DNA from: the human T2T-CHM13v2.0 reference genome, Homo sapiens
Strand: one strand, 5' to 3'
Length of the DNA stretch: 64,000 bases
Assembly: GCF_009914755.1 (NCBI RefSeq)
Contig: NC_060930.1
Part shown: one piece after another, positions 34,740 to 54,008 of the stretch
How positions within the stretch are numbered: the stretch's first letter is position 1
How the letters are laid out: each line of letters opens with the position of its first letter
Translations under genes and position numbers: made by a program
The notes under the pieces: generated by a model
Database searches by the model: none
What the model was told of the DNA's origin: nothing
What the model saw: only the letters and a program-made list of their open reading frames with translations

Positions 34740-35455
34740 TCATGAAAATGGAACAAAATGACAAAAGCATGTTCATAATTTTAAAGATATATTAATTCTG
34801 ACAAGGAAATTAAGTTGTTTTTGAAGTGAAACTGATTTTGTATCTTACAATAATTTTCTCATTTGATTTTTGCAACGTGATCATAGAAGGAAGTTTTGCA
34901 AAAATATTTGAGGGCTTCATCAGTTTTCAGAAGGCCTCTTGATATTTTGATATTCACATTCTTTTTTATAAGTATCTATCGGTGATCACCTCCTCAACTT
35001 TCCTTTTATTGTTAACTGGTCTGAGTCTGTCACCCACACTTTTCAGAGCTTTTGCTTAAGGTTTGAGCAGTTTTCTAGCATTATTTATCAACTTCATCAA
35101 ATCCACCACCATTTGCAAGATTTGTGATTATTGCAATTAAGTTGCATTCTATTTGTGTCATTTGTCATATGCTTACAGTATAACCATAGAGACTAACAGA
35201 AGACCAGAATACAGTGGGCAGGATAAATACATTGGCTTCAGGTACTTAAGAAGCAAAGAGGGACTAACTTTTTATAAATAGCTCATTAGTGAATGTTTTC
35301 ACATTGGGATGACTTTCACTTCTCTATATAATTTGGTAGCTGCAAGGACTTGGTTAATGAATATGCAAATAATAAAGACCCCCTTTTATTTATAATGCAG
35401 ATATGTTTTAATAATGTACATGCCCTTTGAACTTAGCATTTACACTTCTCAGAAG

Positions 35456-35674
35456 TCTTCAGCCTGAGCAACATAGCTGGGGACTCTTGACTCTACATTA
35501 GCCAGGTGTGGTGGTGCATGCCTTGTAGTCCCAGCTGCTTGGGAGGCTGAGGTGGGAGGATCTCTTGAGCCCAGGAGTTCAAGGCTGCAGTGAGTCATGG
35601 TTGTGCCACTGCATTCCAGCCTGGGTGACATAGTGAGACCCTGTCTCATAAAAAAAAAAAAAAAAAAAAAAAAA
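35456..35674 (+). mobile_element. Partial AluJ
   Basis: Right arm plus A tail. Confidence 0.85.
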
Positions 35675-36304
35675 GGTCTTAAGTGCACAAAGTAGAATGT
35701 TTTTCAGTGTCACATTCTTTGTACAGCAAAATACTGGAAGTAACCCACATATCTATGAATAAGGACTTGATTGAATAAGATGGTCATCTGTGCAGTGGAA
35801 TACCATCCAGCTAGGCATGGATAGATGTGCAACATACATTGTGAAGGAGAAAAAGTCAGTGGCAAACTGTAGTATCCTAGCCCCCTTTTTTGTTGATAGG
35901 TAATGCCTGGCTAGGAAATGAATATACATTGAACTGTTAGCAACCATCTCTAGGCAGTGGGATTGTGCCCTTTAATTTTTATGCTATTTCTGTAATGTGT
36001 ACCTTTTTTTACACTGAGAGTTTTGTTTTGTGATCAGAAGAAACCTTTTCTTTCTTTGTTTTGTTTTTTAATGAGAAAGGTGTTTAAAAGTCTATGTGAC
36101 CTGGGGAACCATTCTCAAATTTCAGTTTTGCCAGGGCTAGAGCCCAGCCTTTCAAGGCAGGAGAACAGTTGCTGGAAAGAAATTGCACCCAGCTGTTAGG
36201 CCTCTGGCAAGCAAAGCCGCACCAGTACTTTGTAGCGGCATTCTCCACCCAGCTGGGAGGGTTTGGTTGTTTCTTCTTCAGTAGAAGGGTGTATTTTAAG
36301 GATC

Positions 36305-36533
36305 TTAAGCAGGATTTTTCAATTTTGGCACTATTGGCATCTCAGACCAGATAATTATTTGTTGTGGAAGCTGTCCTGTGCAGTGTAGGGTGTTAGGCAG
36401 CATCCCTGGCCTCTACCCACTAATGCCAGTAGCACTCATGCTCCCTTCCCCCAGTTGGGATAGCCAGAGATGTCTCCAGATGTTGTTGCCAAATGGCTTC
36501 TGGGGAACAAAATCATCCCTGGTTGAAAACCAT
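36305..36533 (-). mobile_element. MER20
   Basis: GCAGCATCCCTGGCCTCTACCCACTAATGCCAGTAGCAC = reverse complement of the MER20 core. Confidence 0.8.
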
Positions 36534-36600
36534 GAATCTAACACTTCATCCCTCCTAATCTTGCAGAACACCAAAGCCTCTTTTCTTGAAAAAAGAGTTA

Positions 36601-36985
<385 letters not shown>

Positions 36986-37633
36986 TTAGACTCAAATACA
37001 TATTTTTAGGGGAAATATGTTTGGTACTGAATAAAGGTCATTTCATTTCTTAAAAAAAAACAGTAGGTTGAGTAAATTAAGTTATCCTTTGTTCAGAAGT
37101 TCTTTGCCATTATCCACAGGCAGAAAATCTGGTAATTAAACTGGGGGTATGACTACAAGATTTTCTTAGACCAGTAAGGAAATAACAAATCTCAATGTGC
37201 CTGGTGTGTTATCGACACTCAAGATACTGGTTAGTCTGCATCTCACGAGTTGACAGGGGGCATCGAGGCTGTCTTGTTAGGGGGAGTTTGCAGCCTTCTG
37301 CATCTGGGAACAGTGTGTGTCTCTAAAGCCAACTGGGGAGAGAGCTTCTGAGGACAAATGGTCCTGAGGCAGTTTCTGGAAAACCCATTATTGAAGCCAT
37401 AGGCTGTGGTCTAAGTACGCATAGCCAGTGGGATAATGTTATATTGCAGAGTTATTTGAGTAGTTCAATTTAAGGAAGGTGCTTTGTTTAGAAGTTATTA
37501 TAAGTTAAATAAGGAAGTAACCTTCAGTTTGCAACTAAAAATAGAAACTGTGCCACCACCATTTGAGTGTCAGTTGCAGCAGAAAAGAAGAAGGTGTAAA
37601 ACCACAGACCCAGCCTAGATTCTTAACAAAAAC

Positions 37634-38980
<1,347 letters not shown>

Positions 38981-41924
38981 ACAGATCAAATGACTCTGGG
39001 ACACCTGGAGTCCTAAGAAGTGAAACCTCCACAATGCAGGACAGACCTGGCTCCCTATGGTCTTCCTTCCTTCCTTCACCTCCTTCCCCCTACTTTCCTT
39101 ACCTCCCTACTAAAAAGTAGTTCTTTTAATGAACTGCTACTGTATGTTAGGCAATTTACATTCTTGCATATTCTATACAAGTAATGTCTCTTTCTCAGTC
39201 ACGTTACAACTGAGGCTAGATTCAACAGACTATCCTGATATCAACGTTGAAAGACTCCTGGTTCCAAAGAGTTTTATAGCATTGGTGTTAGACAATCCTC
39301 TTTTGGTTTTTTTAAAGAAAATTTAAAAAAATTAATTCAGCATAATTTCCATAAGGACTCCCTGGCTGCTGCTGGCCAAATTGGGGAGGAGTCCCTGGCA
39401 GCCACAGCCAGGCACTGGTGCCTTATCTTGTTCAGCACACACTGGGTCTCTCTCCCTAGTTCCAGGCCCCTTGCCCTCGCTTCTCTACTCATCTGGGATA
39501 GAAATGCACCTCCAGGCCTCTGAAGAGAAACTACCTTTTCCCTCTTTCAGCCAAAAGGGCTCAAGCCAGCACTCGCTTTGTATGTCCTAGAAGATGAGCA
39601 TGCTTCCCTCTGGCTCTCTATAGCAGTGCTCTAATGGGACAAAGTCACTGTGTGCTCTTGCTTTCTCTCCTGGTCTTTGTGCGTGATAGTCCCTCTCTCT
39701 AGAACCCTCTTCCTCCTCCTCATTCCTCTGAGCTAATGTATTCGTTCTTCTGTTCAGCCTTGACATCACTCCCTCAGTAAATTTCTGACCATTCCCAAGC
39801 CTGGATTAGCTGTGTCTTCTGCATGCACCCTGTAATCTGGAATGATCATTGGTGACACTGATTACACTGCTTTATCATTGCTTGCTGTTTGTACCACCTG
39901 CTCAAAAAAGAAAAACATATAAAGGTTAAGGATACAGGCTCTGGAACCTTTGATGTGATTAAGTAATTTGCTCAAGATTGTACCAATAATAGAGAGTGGG
40001 GCTGTGAGGACTAAATGAGTTAAGACATGAAAAACCCTGAGTATACAGTAAATGCTAAATACTGGCTTAAGGCTGCATGTCATCGAAGACAGATCATGTC
40101 TTGTTCACTGTGGTGTCCCTGTCACCTAGCTTGGTACCTGGCACACAGTAGGCATTCAGTCCTTATTGACCGAGTCCATAAATGACTGTCAGCTTTTAAT
40201 CCCTTGCAGATCACCTTGTCTTTTGCTTCCTGTTTTTACAATCAATAGTCTTTAGAAGCAAAGATCATTTAAAGAAAAACCAAATATGTAGGGGTTATCT
40301 GCCTTGCCTAAGAAATGGTGCTGTGTGGAATTTCCTTGTTTAAGAAGAGATACGTGTTAGAAGAATTGGCTTCTGATTCTCTTTGCTGTGTCTTGCTGTG
40401 TAATTCAAGTTGGCTGCACAGCAATTTAATGAATTAGAACAAGAACCAAAAGATTATTGAAAGTGGCTGATGGCCATAATCTAGATAATTCCTACTGTGT
40501 CCCCATCCATCTGCCACTTTAAAATGAAAATAGCAAGGCAAAAGAAAGATAATTGGAAGGCATTATGGTGTCTTGCACCCTCATTCAGCCATTCTACAAA
40601 TATCTATTAGGTACCTTCCATCTGTCAGGCACTGGGAATATGGGAAAGAATAAAAGTCAAATTCCTGTCCCCATGGAGTTGTTCGTTGTTTTCATGGGAA
40701 AAGGCAGTGGTAAACAATGACTGTACCATCTCGCTGGCACCCCTAGAACAGAACATCTAAGCACCTGTTGCTGGAGGCCATTTCTGGGCCGGTGCACCTT
40801 TGATCCACTCAACTGACAGACAACAGGATTTCTCGTGGCGTCCAGGGCTGCATGTCCTCTTGGGTTACCTCGACCTGATCAGCTGGCTCCACTGTGTGTT
40901 TCCAGTGTGAGGTGTGAGGTCACCATCCGCTGCCATTACACAAAGACCCATTTCCCCTGGGCCATTGCTCAAGTATGACAGAGCTGATTGTCCTGTATGG
41001 AAACTCAGCCACTCACAGCTCTGCCCAGTGAGACAGGCAATGACTATCTGATCATGGTTGCTGACACAGTGCTTGTGGTGGGGAGTGTCCCTATCTGGAG
41101 GCAAACAGCCGAGTGGCTGCTGTGCCCTCAACAAGCCCCACCCTGCTTCACGGTGAGGAAACAGCCCCCACCCAACCAGTCCTCTCCCCAGCCTCCAGTT
41201 GAGTCAGGTGCCCCCCTCCAAGTGTTTATGTAATTTGTGCTGATCTTACCAGGGTCAAAGCACTTACCACATTACTTTGTCTAACTATTATTCTTTCATG
41301 ACACAAAACATATTTATTGTTGAAAATGTTTAAATGTAGTAGGTAACATCTATTATCCCACTACCTGGAAATAATAGCTGTTGACAGATTGGCATAACTC
41401 CAAGAAATTTTTTTAAATCTGGAAAACATCGCTTTTAAAACTCATTATTATTCAGTGATCTGTGTCAATAAATGGCATTGAAACAGCTAGATAGACACTT
41501 TCCTCCTTCAGCCACAATCATTTCCAGACAGGTCAAAGATTTAAATGGAGAAAGGCTTTCAAAGCATGTCCCCAAACCTAGAAACCATGCAGGAAAAGGC
41601 AAATGAATTTGCCCGTGCAAAAACTGTAGAGCTTTCATACATTGGCGTCCATTTGGCAGGATTCAGTAAGGGCAGAAGCTGTACATAGCTGCGGTTCTAG
41701 GTAATTCTAGAACTTTCTAGAAGCTTTCTCGTATGTCAACAAGGAACAGAGTACAGACTTTTCACTCAACATCATTTGTAATAGCAGGAAAAAATGGGAA
41801 CAAACCTCAAACACCATCAATAGGGGAATAGGAAATAAACTGCAGTATGTATTCATGCAATGAAATATTAAATGGCAGTGAAGACAAATGAACTAGAATG
41901 ATTCCCCCACCACCACCCCAGACC

Positions 41925-42122
41925 CCTGATTTTGCCTCTGTCCCAGGAACAATAGGCAATGTCTGGAGACCTTTTTAGTTGTCACACTTGGAGGTGAGGG
42001 TGGTGAGCATCTAGTGGGTAGAGGCCAGGGATGCTGCTGAACATTTTGCGACGCACAGGACGGCCCCCACAACGAGGAATTACCCAGCAGAAACATGTCA
42101 GCAGTGCCGAGGCTGAGAAACA
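41925..42122 (+). mobile_element. MER20
   Basis: GGCAATGTCTGGAGAC...CATCTAGTGGGTAGAGGCCAGGGATGCTGCT...GTGCCGAGGCTGAGAAAC. Confidence 0.85.
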
Positions 42123-45100
42123 GAGACGACTCAACATCTTGGCAGATCTCACCAACAACCTTAAGTGAAAAAGGAGGCTGCAAAACGATCTATCTGGCAT
42201 CGTTTACAGATGCATACGTATATAGTAAAACTAAAAGCAGACGAGAATAATAAACACCAACTTGTAGAGGGGTCACCTCTAGGGAGGGAGAGAGGGCATG
42301 GAATCAGAGAGGGGCATGAAAGGGCTTCAGCTGCCAAGAGCCAGACAGCTTAGGTTCTAATCCCGGTTCCACCACTGACACTGTGTAACCTCCGCAGGTT
42401 GCTTGATCAATCGGGGCCTCAGTTATCACAACTGTAAAATGGGATGATATTGATAATAGTGCCTTCTTCACAGGATTGTGGTGAGGGTTAAATACGTTAA
42501 CCAATGTAGAGCACTTAGAACAGTGTGTGGCTCATAGTAAGAACTATATGTTTTTGTCACCGTTTTCATCATGATGATGAGTATCTATGATGTTCTATTT
42601 TTAAAATATCAGAAGTGAATATGGCATGTGTGTGAAACATCTCAGCGTTCTGCCTTGACAAGGACCTTCACTCCTCCTCCCACCCCCACCAGCCAAGTGA
42701 ATTTCACCCTCAGCACTTAGTCTATATTTGTTAAGGCTGGCCATCCGGAACATACTCTCCAAATCTGAGACAACTCATCCAAGCAGTGTGTTTCCTTTTC
42801 CTCTTCCCCCACCACCACCGCCACCCCCCACCATGATGCTGGAAACTTTTCTTTATTGATACAGATGATGAGCAATGCGGTGATAAGTGTGTATCCCCCG
42901 GCTGTTTTCGCGTTTTCACTAAATTGATGGCTATGGGATTACCGGATTAACAAGGTGCACATTTTGACACTTTGGCAGCATTGCCAAATGGTTCTAAAAG
43001 CTTGCCCCAGTTGACACTCCCACCTGCCGACGACAGTGTTGTCACTGTTTCCTGTTGCCGCCCTCACTAGGGTAGGAGCTTCTCAAGCACAGGAACTGTG
43101 ACATTTGTCCGTGTATTCTCAATGTCTTGAGAGGTGCCTGGCAAAATTTGGTTGAATGGATTAAGGCTTTACCTTAATCACCAGGTAGGTAAGGAGGATA
43201 GAGAAAAATAAGACACTCATGCCCTCAAGAACTTACAATTTAGGTTTGTTTGAAAGTTAACTGAGAATTCCAAGTCTAAGGGTGCTGGTGAGAGTGGCCT
43301 GGCAAAGCCAGCCCAGGAAGAGCTGCTGAGCAGGTTGTAAGGAACGAGGATGCCCCACCCCCCCTCCTTGGCAAAGCAGAGGATGGTATTCCAGACAGGT
43401 CACAAACAGCTCAAGCAAAGACGTGGTGACAGGGATGAGGAAGGCACGCTTGCGGATGGCTAGAATGGAGGTTGCCTGGGCACAGACACCTTGGAGGATC
43501 CGATTAGCAAGAAAGGCAGGGCCTGTCCGGATGGGGGCAAGCCTTGCCCAACAGACTAAGAAGTTTAAACTTTATCCTAGAGGCCACTGAGAGCTACCGG
43601 GGGTGGGGCGTTATGGGGAGGCAGGGCTGCTCTGAAACAGGAAGATTAATCACAGCTGGGCTGCCTGCCGCTGGCTGCCTGTCACATGGGAGCTGTGCTG
43701 CCCTCAAGCTGCCCAGCTGGAGCACCCTCTTTCCAGGTGACCAAAGCTGGATCCGGGTGCCCCCTGGCTTAGGAAGGGCAGCCCTGGGCAAGTGTGAGGG
43801 AGTGAAGACCAGGCCTGAGAAGCAGGGAGAAGCTGTTTGTCAGGGAAGTGTAGTCACCAGGATCAGGGTGGCTTCCCCTCCACAGCCCCTTACTCATCCC
43901 TGTTGCCACACCTGTGCTCGGGCTGACAGTGACAGTGGTGTCCTGGAGCTCTCTGTGACTCTTATTTTTTTAGAGACAGGGTCTTGCAATGTTCTTTCTA
44001 CTTAATTTTATTTCTTACAAAAGATTGGCCTTTCACAAGCATCATCCAGCGCAGCTAAGCATAGTGGTTACTAGCACTGACCCTGGGCAAGACTACCTGG
44101 TCTTCACTCCCAGCTCTAGTGCTTACTAGCTGTGTGTCCTTGGGCAAGTCACTTCACCTCTCTGTGTCTCATTGTTATACATAAAATGGGGGATACTGTT
44201 AACCCATCTCATAGAGTCCTCAGGAGGATTAAGTTACATGTATGTAAAGCTCTTATAACAACTTTTGGGAAGTAATTAGTGCTCTTTCCATGTTTATTAA
44301 ATGCATATAATAGAAAATGAATGTATCCAGAGAGGCAGTCTGACTTACCTAAGGTCACACAGCAAATTAGAGACAGAGCTAGAATCAGAGCCCAAACCTC
44401 TGCCATGGCAGGTAGCCCTGCTAGTCTTGTTTGGGGTTATTTGCCCCTGACCAAGGTCCATAGGGCTTCTGGGGAGGATCTATGTGTCCTGACATTGGAT
44501 AGTTTACTTAGAAGGGGTGGAGCAAGGAGACCCCGTGGCCTCTGCCCTGGACAGGCAGGTTGTGGAGGTGGCCTCCAGGGTGCACAGCTTCTCCTGCCTG
44601 AGGCAGGCTGCACACAGGAGTCCAGGCAGGACCTGACTCCATTACTGCGGTTTGTCAGGTCAGCACAGCAGAGACTGCCCCAGGCACGAAGGTGAGTTGG
44701 GCCTGCATATCAGCTGCACACAGACAGAGATGCAGCGATAACAAGGCTGCTGGGGATAAGGCCCTGCTACATCCCTGCCATTCGGCCAGTCACCGGCTGC
44801 CAGGCACTCTTCCAGGTACGTGGAATTCAGTGATGAACAAAATAGACAAAGCCCCTACCCTCGCCAACCTCAAGACATTCTATTAGAGGGGGGCAGACAA
44901 TAAACAGGTACACAGGGCTTGAAGAACACGAGGCCAGGTAAGGCAGGTGAGCATGGCTTGTAATGAGGTCAGGGGGACCTCGGAGGAGGTGACACATGAG
45001 CAGTCCTGAAGGACCAGAGGGAGCACCATGCACAATGCCTGCAACCTGGCATGTGTTGCTTCAGTAAACCCTCCTGGTGTCCCTGGCTATGCAAGTGACA

Positions 45101-46302
45101 TTCTCCCATCTTACTGATGAGGAAGCTCCACCTGTAGCTACAAATGGAGGCACGAGATTCAGACTCAGCCCTGTCTCCCAGAACTCAGCTACCTCTCTAC
45201 TGGCTCACAGGAGTACAAGCACGCTTCAAGAATGTGGACGTCACAAAGCCTGTGGAGGGGGAAGCGGGTGGTGTGCAGTGGGGGTCTTGGGGAGAGGGAT
45301 ATGCACAGGGTTAGTGGGGTGAGTGGATCTAGAGTTCACTCGGGAACACCTCCTTGTAGATGTGAGTTTAGAGTTAGGCTTGGAAAGAAGGAAGGGAGGG
45401 AGAGAGGGAGGGAGGGAAGGAAAGAGGAAGGAAGGAAAGGTGGACAATTCCATAGGGAGAGGATCTGGCTCATGCAGAGCTTCAGTGGGAGTGGTGAGGA
45501 GGGCTGTCCACAGGGAGGAACCTGCTTTGGAGTGGATGGTGCAAATTCGTGGCAAGAGAAGAGGCCTCAGATTCAGGTTGTACACTCTGGTTCTTTCACC
45601 ACCATACGAAGGTCCAGCCTCATGCTAGGACCTTGGGGGCCCCACAAGGATGAGGCCTCTAGGCCTTCCCTCAGGGAGCAAGGGAAGAACAGCAAAATCA
45701 GAAACATCCTAGGACAGATTGTATCAGACTGAACAGTGACCACACATCCCAGATCCCACCCTGTGGTAGGCTAGCCAAGCATATTCCCCTACTATTGCTT
45801 ACTCGGTCCCACCATTTGGGTCTTCAAGCCACATCTTCCTCCTATGGGTAGTACCCAGAAGAGACACAAAACTCCTTGGTTGGTTCAGTCACTAAGTCTT
45901 TACTGAGCAGCTACAATGGGCCAGGCACAGTGCCAGGGGGCTCAGCAGTGGCCAGAATACTGCCCTCGCCCTTACAGAGTCATTGTCCAGAGGTGGAGAG
46001 GGACATGTCACAGGAGACAATGCAGATTAATATTATGCTGAATGCTACCAAGGACAAGGCCGAGATCAAACAGAGCGGAGGCCTGGGCACCAGACCTTAC
46101 CCCAGCCACATCTTTGTAGGGTGGAGTGGAGGGTGACATGTGGGCTGGGTGCAGGGAGGCAGGCCTTAGGGGTGGAGTGGAACGGGGAGTGTGGACCGGA
46201 TGGTGTGGGGAGGGAGGTGTGAAGAGGGGAAGCCTGTCATCCCGAACCCAGAAGGCTGGCTGAGAGGTGCCCGACTCACAGAGCTGTCCCCACCCCCGTC
46301 TT

Positions 46303-46316
46303 CCACCAGGGGGTGC
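46303..46316 (+). promoter_or_regulatory. CTCF-like motif between MAPK14 and MAPK13
   Basis: CCACCAGGGGGTGC, one C>T from consensus. Confidence 0.6.
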
Positions 46317-46380
46317 TAAAGCTGAAGGAGGGGAGAGAGGAGGAGGTGGAGGAGGTGCAGGGGAGTGGGGGAGGGTGCCT

Positions 46381-46504
46381 TTTCTTTCTTGTCTCTCTTT
46401 CTCTCTCTCTCTCCTCCCTCCCTCCCTCCCTCCCTCCCTCCCTCCCTCCCTCCCTCCCTTCCTTCCTTCCTTCCTTCCTTCCTTCCTTCCTGCCTTCCTT
46501 TCGT
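46381..46504 (+). repeat. (CT)n/(CCCT)n/(CCTT)n polypyrimidine tract at the tail of an antisense Alu
   Basis: Seen directly; 8 consecutive CCTT units at 46457-46488. Confidence 0.92.
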
Positions 46505-47896
<1,392 letters not shown>

Positions 47897-48919
47897 CAAC
47901 AAATAAATGTTGAATGAATGGGTCAATGAATCCTTGGGCTGAGTATCTGGCAAAAAACTTAATAGAGGAGTTGGACGTGAGTTGGAGCCGACTCTCACTG
48001 AGGGGACACCTTCTGGGGCAGGGACTGGACAGCCAAAGGGCAGGGGCTGGGGTTGGGCAGCTGGAGTACCCGGGCAGAGCTGACACAGTCCATTGGGGAA
48101 GGAGCCTCTGGCGAGACCTACTGTGTGCCAGGCACTGAATTGGACACTTTTCTAGTCATCTCGTTTAGTCTTCACAACAGCCCTGTAACATGGGTCTTAT
48201 CACCCACTCTCGTTTTACAAATGAGAAAACAGGCTTAGAGGAGCCAACTAACTTGTCTAAGATCACACAGCTTACCATGCCACAGAGCAGCCCACATCTG
48301 CAGTCTTTCTTCTGCATCTCCCTGCCTCCTTGTAATTTTGCTTGTTTCATGGAGTCTTGAAAGCCCCAGAAGAGCATGGGACTCTCTAGAGCTGGGGCCA
48401 GAGCTCTAGGGCTCCCTGGCCTGTCCCACCCTCACAGGACCCCAGATGTGTCATGCTTTCTCATTTCTGTGGAGGTCTCATGGTGAGGATGTTCCTGCTG
48501 GCCCATCCTCATTATGGTGAGGAGGTTCATGCTGGTCCTGCCATATGGGACAGACAGGGTGGCTGCTGTGCTCGTGGGGCAAGATAGGGTCTGGGTGGCC
48601 AGGATAGGGGACATGACAGTCTCATAGTTATGTGGGGCTTTTGTCTCGATCTCTAAGAAACCAGTCACCAATTCCCACACCATGTCTCTGCCTCCAGAGG
48701 CTCACAGGCTAGCTAGGAAGACAAGGCAACAACAGCAGCCACTTCTCAGGCACTTGCTGGGCACCAGGAATTCTAGTTGACAGTTAAATGTGCAGACTTA
48801 GGAGCCAGATGCCAGGTATGAAGATCATGTTCACCACTTTCTTAGTTATGTGCGACCTTGGGCAAATTACATAACCTCTCCGGGCCTCAGTCTCTCCATC
48901 TGTACCAGGGGAATAATTA

Positions 48920-49520
48920 TATTGGAATAGACTAGACCAAAGCAGCCCTGACATCTGGGAGCTGCCTGGTCCTATCAGCCAGGACTTGGTTGCTCAGAGC
49001 TGTCCAGCCTGGTGCAATTCGGTCTTGCTGTGCTGAACATAGACGATTTCACAGACATCAGCATAGAACAAGGCCATCCGCGACCAGGGCAGACTAAGAC
49101 AAAAATGAAACTACTCCTTAATCATATCTGAACACAGACAAAACATGAATATTGTCAAATCACAGAAATGACCCAAATCCCCCTGTAGAGCTAAGCTGAG
49201 TGGAGGCTGCTGGTTTACCAGCTGTAGCTTCAGCCTTGCTCTAGTCTGCTTTCCTTCTAGGCAAGATGTATTAAGACTCCCAATCATAGTGTTAGCTCCA
49301 CTTCCTGACAGCATCAACCCAGAACAAAGCCTCACTTCCTTAACCCCTCCCCAATCACCTAACACAACTCCAAACATTAGACTAAGTCCTTTCTAACGCC
49401 CCCTTCCTGGGACGCCCCATGATCCCCATGGTGCATGCTCTCCCTTGTTGCAACGAGTCATCAGCTCAGCTTGTTCACCCACACGTGTGTTTCTGGTGAT
49501 CTCTGGTTGGAGGCATTGAA
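48920..49520 (+). mobile_element. ERV1-class solo LTR (MER90/MER67-like) inserted in a MIR
   Basis: AAAGCAGCCCTGACATCTGGGAGCTG...CTGAACACAGACAAAACATGAA...GTTGCAACGAGT...GGCATTGA; MIR halves on both sides. Confidence 0.65.
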
Positions 49521-51363
49521 AGTTCCTACCTCATTGGGTTGTCGTGAGGAATATGTACTTGAAATGATACAATCCTAAGGCTCTTTCAATATGCTTGTCA
49601 TACTTTATTATTATCCCCATTTCACAAGGAGGACACTGAAGCTCAGAGAGAGGGCCAGACTTTGCCCAAGGTCACACAGCTGGTAATGACAGAGAAAGGA
49701 TGTAAATTCAGGCCTCATTCCAAAGCTAGTTTCCTGAATCCCTGCCTCCATGCTCCATGCTCATAGGGCAGAAACCAACAAGACAACTTGGGTTGGTGTT
49801 TGGAGAGGAGAAGAGCAAAGGGCCCTTGGAACTCAAAAGAGAGCCTCAGGCTGGAGAAGCAGGGTATCCAGGATGACCTGAGTGACCCTCTCCTCCTCCC
49901 CTCCCTTTCATGACTCCCCAACTGGATCCTCCAAGGGCTCCCTCCCAGACTGCCTGGCTGCTGAGTAATGCAGAGCCAGTCAGGCCCAGAGTAGGGGTCA
50001 GTGTCAGCAGAGTCGGAGGCCTGAGTCACTTCCTGACCCTTGCTCAAGAGCATCCGGAGCTACAGCCAGAGTGGCCACTCGTGCTCTCAGAAGATCGCAC
50101 CCACTTGGGCGATGAGCATGTCCTTGGTATCCCCACCTTCCTGGGCTCACCTCTGCCCCACTCAGGTGTTTAAGACGTGCAGCAGAGAGGCGCCATCCTG
50201 ACCTGGTGCCACATCCTAGCCCCTTTCCTTACTGGATCCTCAAACCAGAAGAAAACCTGAATCTCTGAGGTCAGTTACTCTCTTTTGCCTGCGTCTAGCC
50301 TAAAATCTGGCTTCCAGGACCCCACCCCAACTTCAGAATCAAGGTACCTTGCACTGGTGCCACTGATCCCAAAGGTCCAAAACTCCTGCAGCACTCACAG
50401 GCAAGCGACCCCGTTCCTTAGGCTCTCATGGGGTCTCAGGGCCAGAGTAGGGGGTGGGGGAGGGAAAAGGCTGGGGAAAATATCAGATACCCCAGGGCAG
50501 GATGGACTGAGGGAGACATGGTTGGATCAGTAGACATGTCCTTATGATGTGGGCAAGGCCATTTCCTTTGAGGAGCAATTCTGTCAACTCTAGGCCACCG
50601 CATAGCCTCGCAGCCAAGAGCAGGGACTCTAGAATCAGGCTGTACTTGCTTTCACCCAGCTCTGCCCTTACCAGCTGTGTTACCTTGGGCAAATTACTTA
50701 GCCTCTCTGTACCTCGGGTTCCTCATCTCTAAAATGAGGATAATCATATTACTGACTCACAGGCCTCTTACCAGGATTAAGTGAGTTATATAAAACACTT
50801 AATGACGGGCACATGGCAAACACAAGTGTGTATTAAATGACTCTTTTACATCTAATGGGCTGACTCCTCCATTCATTCTCCACACATTTGCTGATATATT
50901 GCCATGTGCCAGAAATGAAAAAGACAGATTGCCTGACTGAAATAATGGCAGGTGTTGTTGTGTGATGATGGCACCCCACCCTCTTCTCAGAATGATCTTC
51001 CAGGCTGTGCCTGAGGCTGCAGGACTGCCCGGGAGGGCTTGGGGCACAGAGTTTGGGGGCTGCAGACTCCCTAGTGTGGGCCCCCGGCTTGCTGTAAGCC
51101 CCTAGCAAATTTCTTTCCTTGTTCAATAGACCTTCTTTTTGACAAAGTGAAGCAGGTGGTCCCCGCCCCTTCCACAGCCCCATGCCTGGGCAAGAGAGGG
51201 GTTGGACAAGTCAGGCTGGGCATCCAGAGCCCTTGCAGCCATCTCCTCCCCCCACCTGCCCACCTTGCTCCTCAGAGGCCTTTGTGGTTTGAGCATAGAA
51301 TCTCCATCAGGCTGCACAGGCCACCAGACAGGTGGCAAGGGCCCCAATTAGTCATTGTCCTCA

Positions 51364-52060
<697 letters not shown>

Positions 52061-52257
52061 ATATAGTATTGTGGATACGTACTTTTAAAAATCCTTACGT
52101 TTTAGAGATACAAAAATATTTATGAATAAAATGATATGACGCCTGGGTTTTGCTTCAAAACGATGGTGGGAGAGGAATGTGGATGAAATAAAATTGATTA
52201 TGAGTTGTGGTTGCTGGGGAATTGGGGTCACGGGGGTTCATTAGAACCTCCTATCAG

Positions 52258-52400
52258 ATGTGGTTCAGAAGCCTCAGACCTGGGAGCTGGCTAGAAATGC
52301 AGAATCTCGGCTCCACCCCAAACCTACTGAGTCAGGATCTGTATTTTAATCAAATAAAATGCCCAGGGGATTCCTGAGCACACTGAAGTGTGAGAAGCGC
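52258..52400 (+). mobile_element. MER5A
   Basis: TAGAAATGCAGAATCTCGGCTCCACCCCAAACCTACTGAGTCAG...AAGTGTGAGAAGCGCTG. Confidence 0.75.
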
Positions 52401-52509
52401 TGGCTTACTCTGTTCAATTCTTTCCTGCATGTTTGACATTTTCCATAATGAAGAGGTTGTGGGGTTTTGTTCTGCTTTCCTGTGTGTTCACAGTCACAGG
52501 GAGCTCTTC

Positions 52510-54008
<1,499 letters not shown>

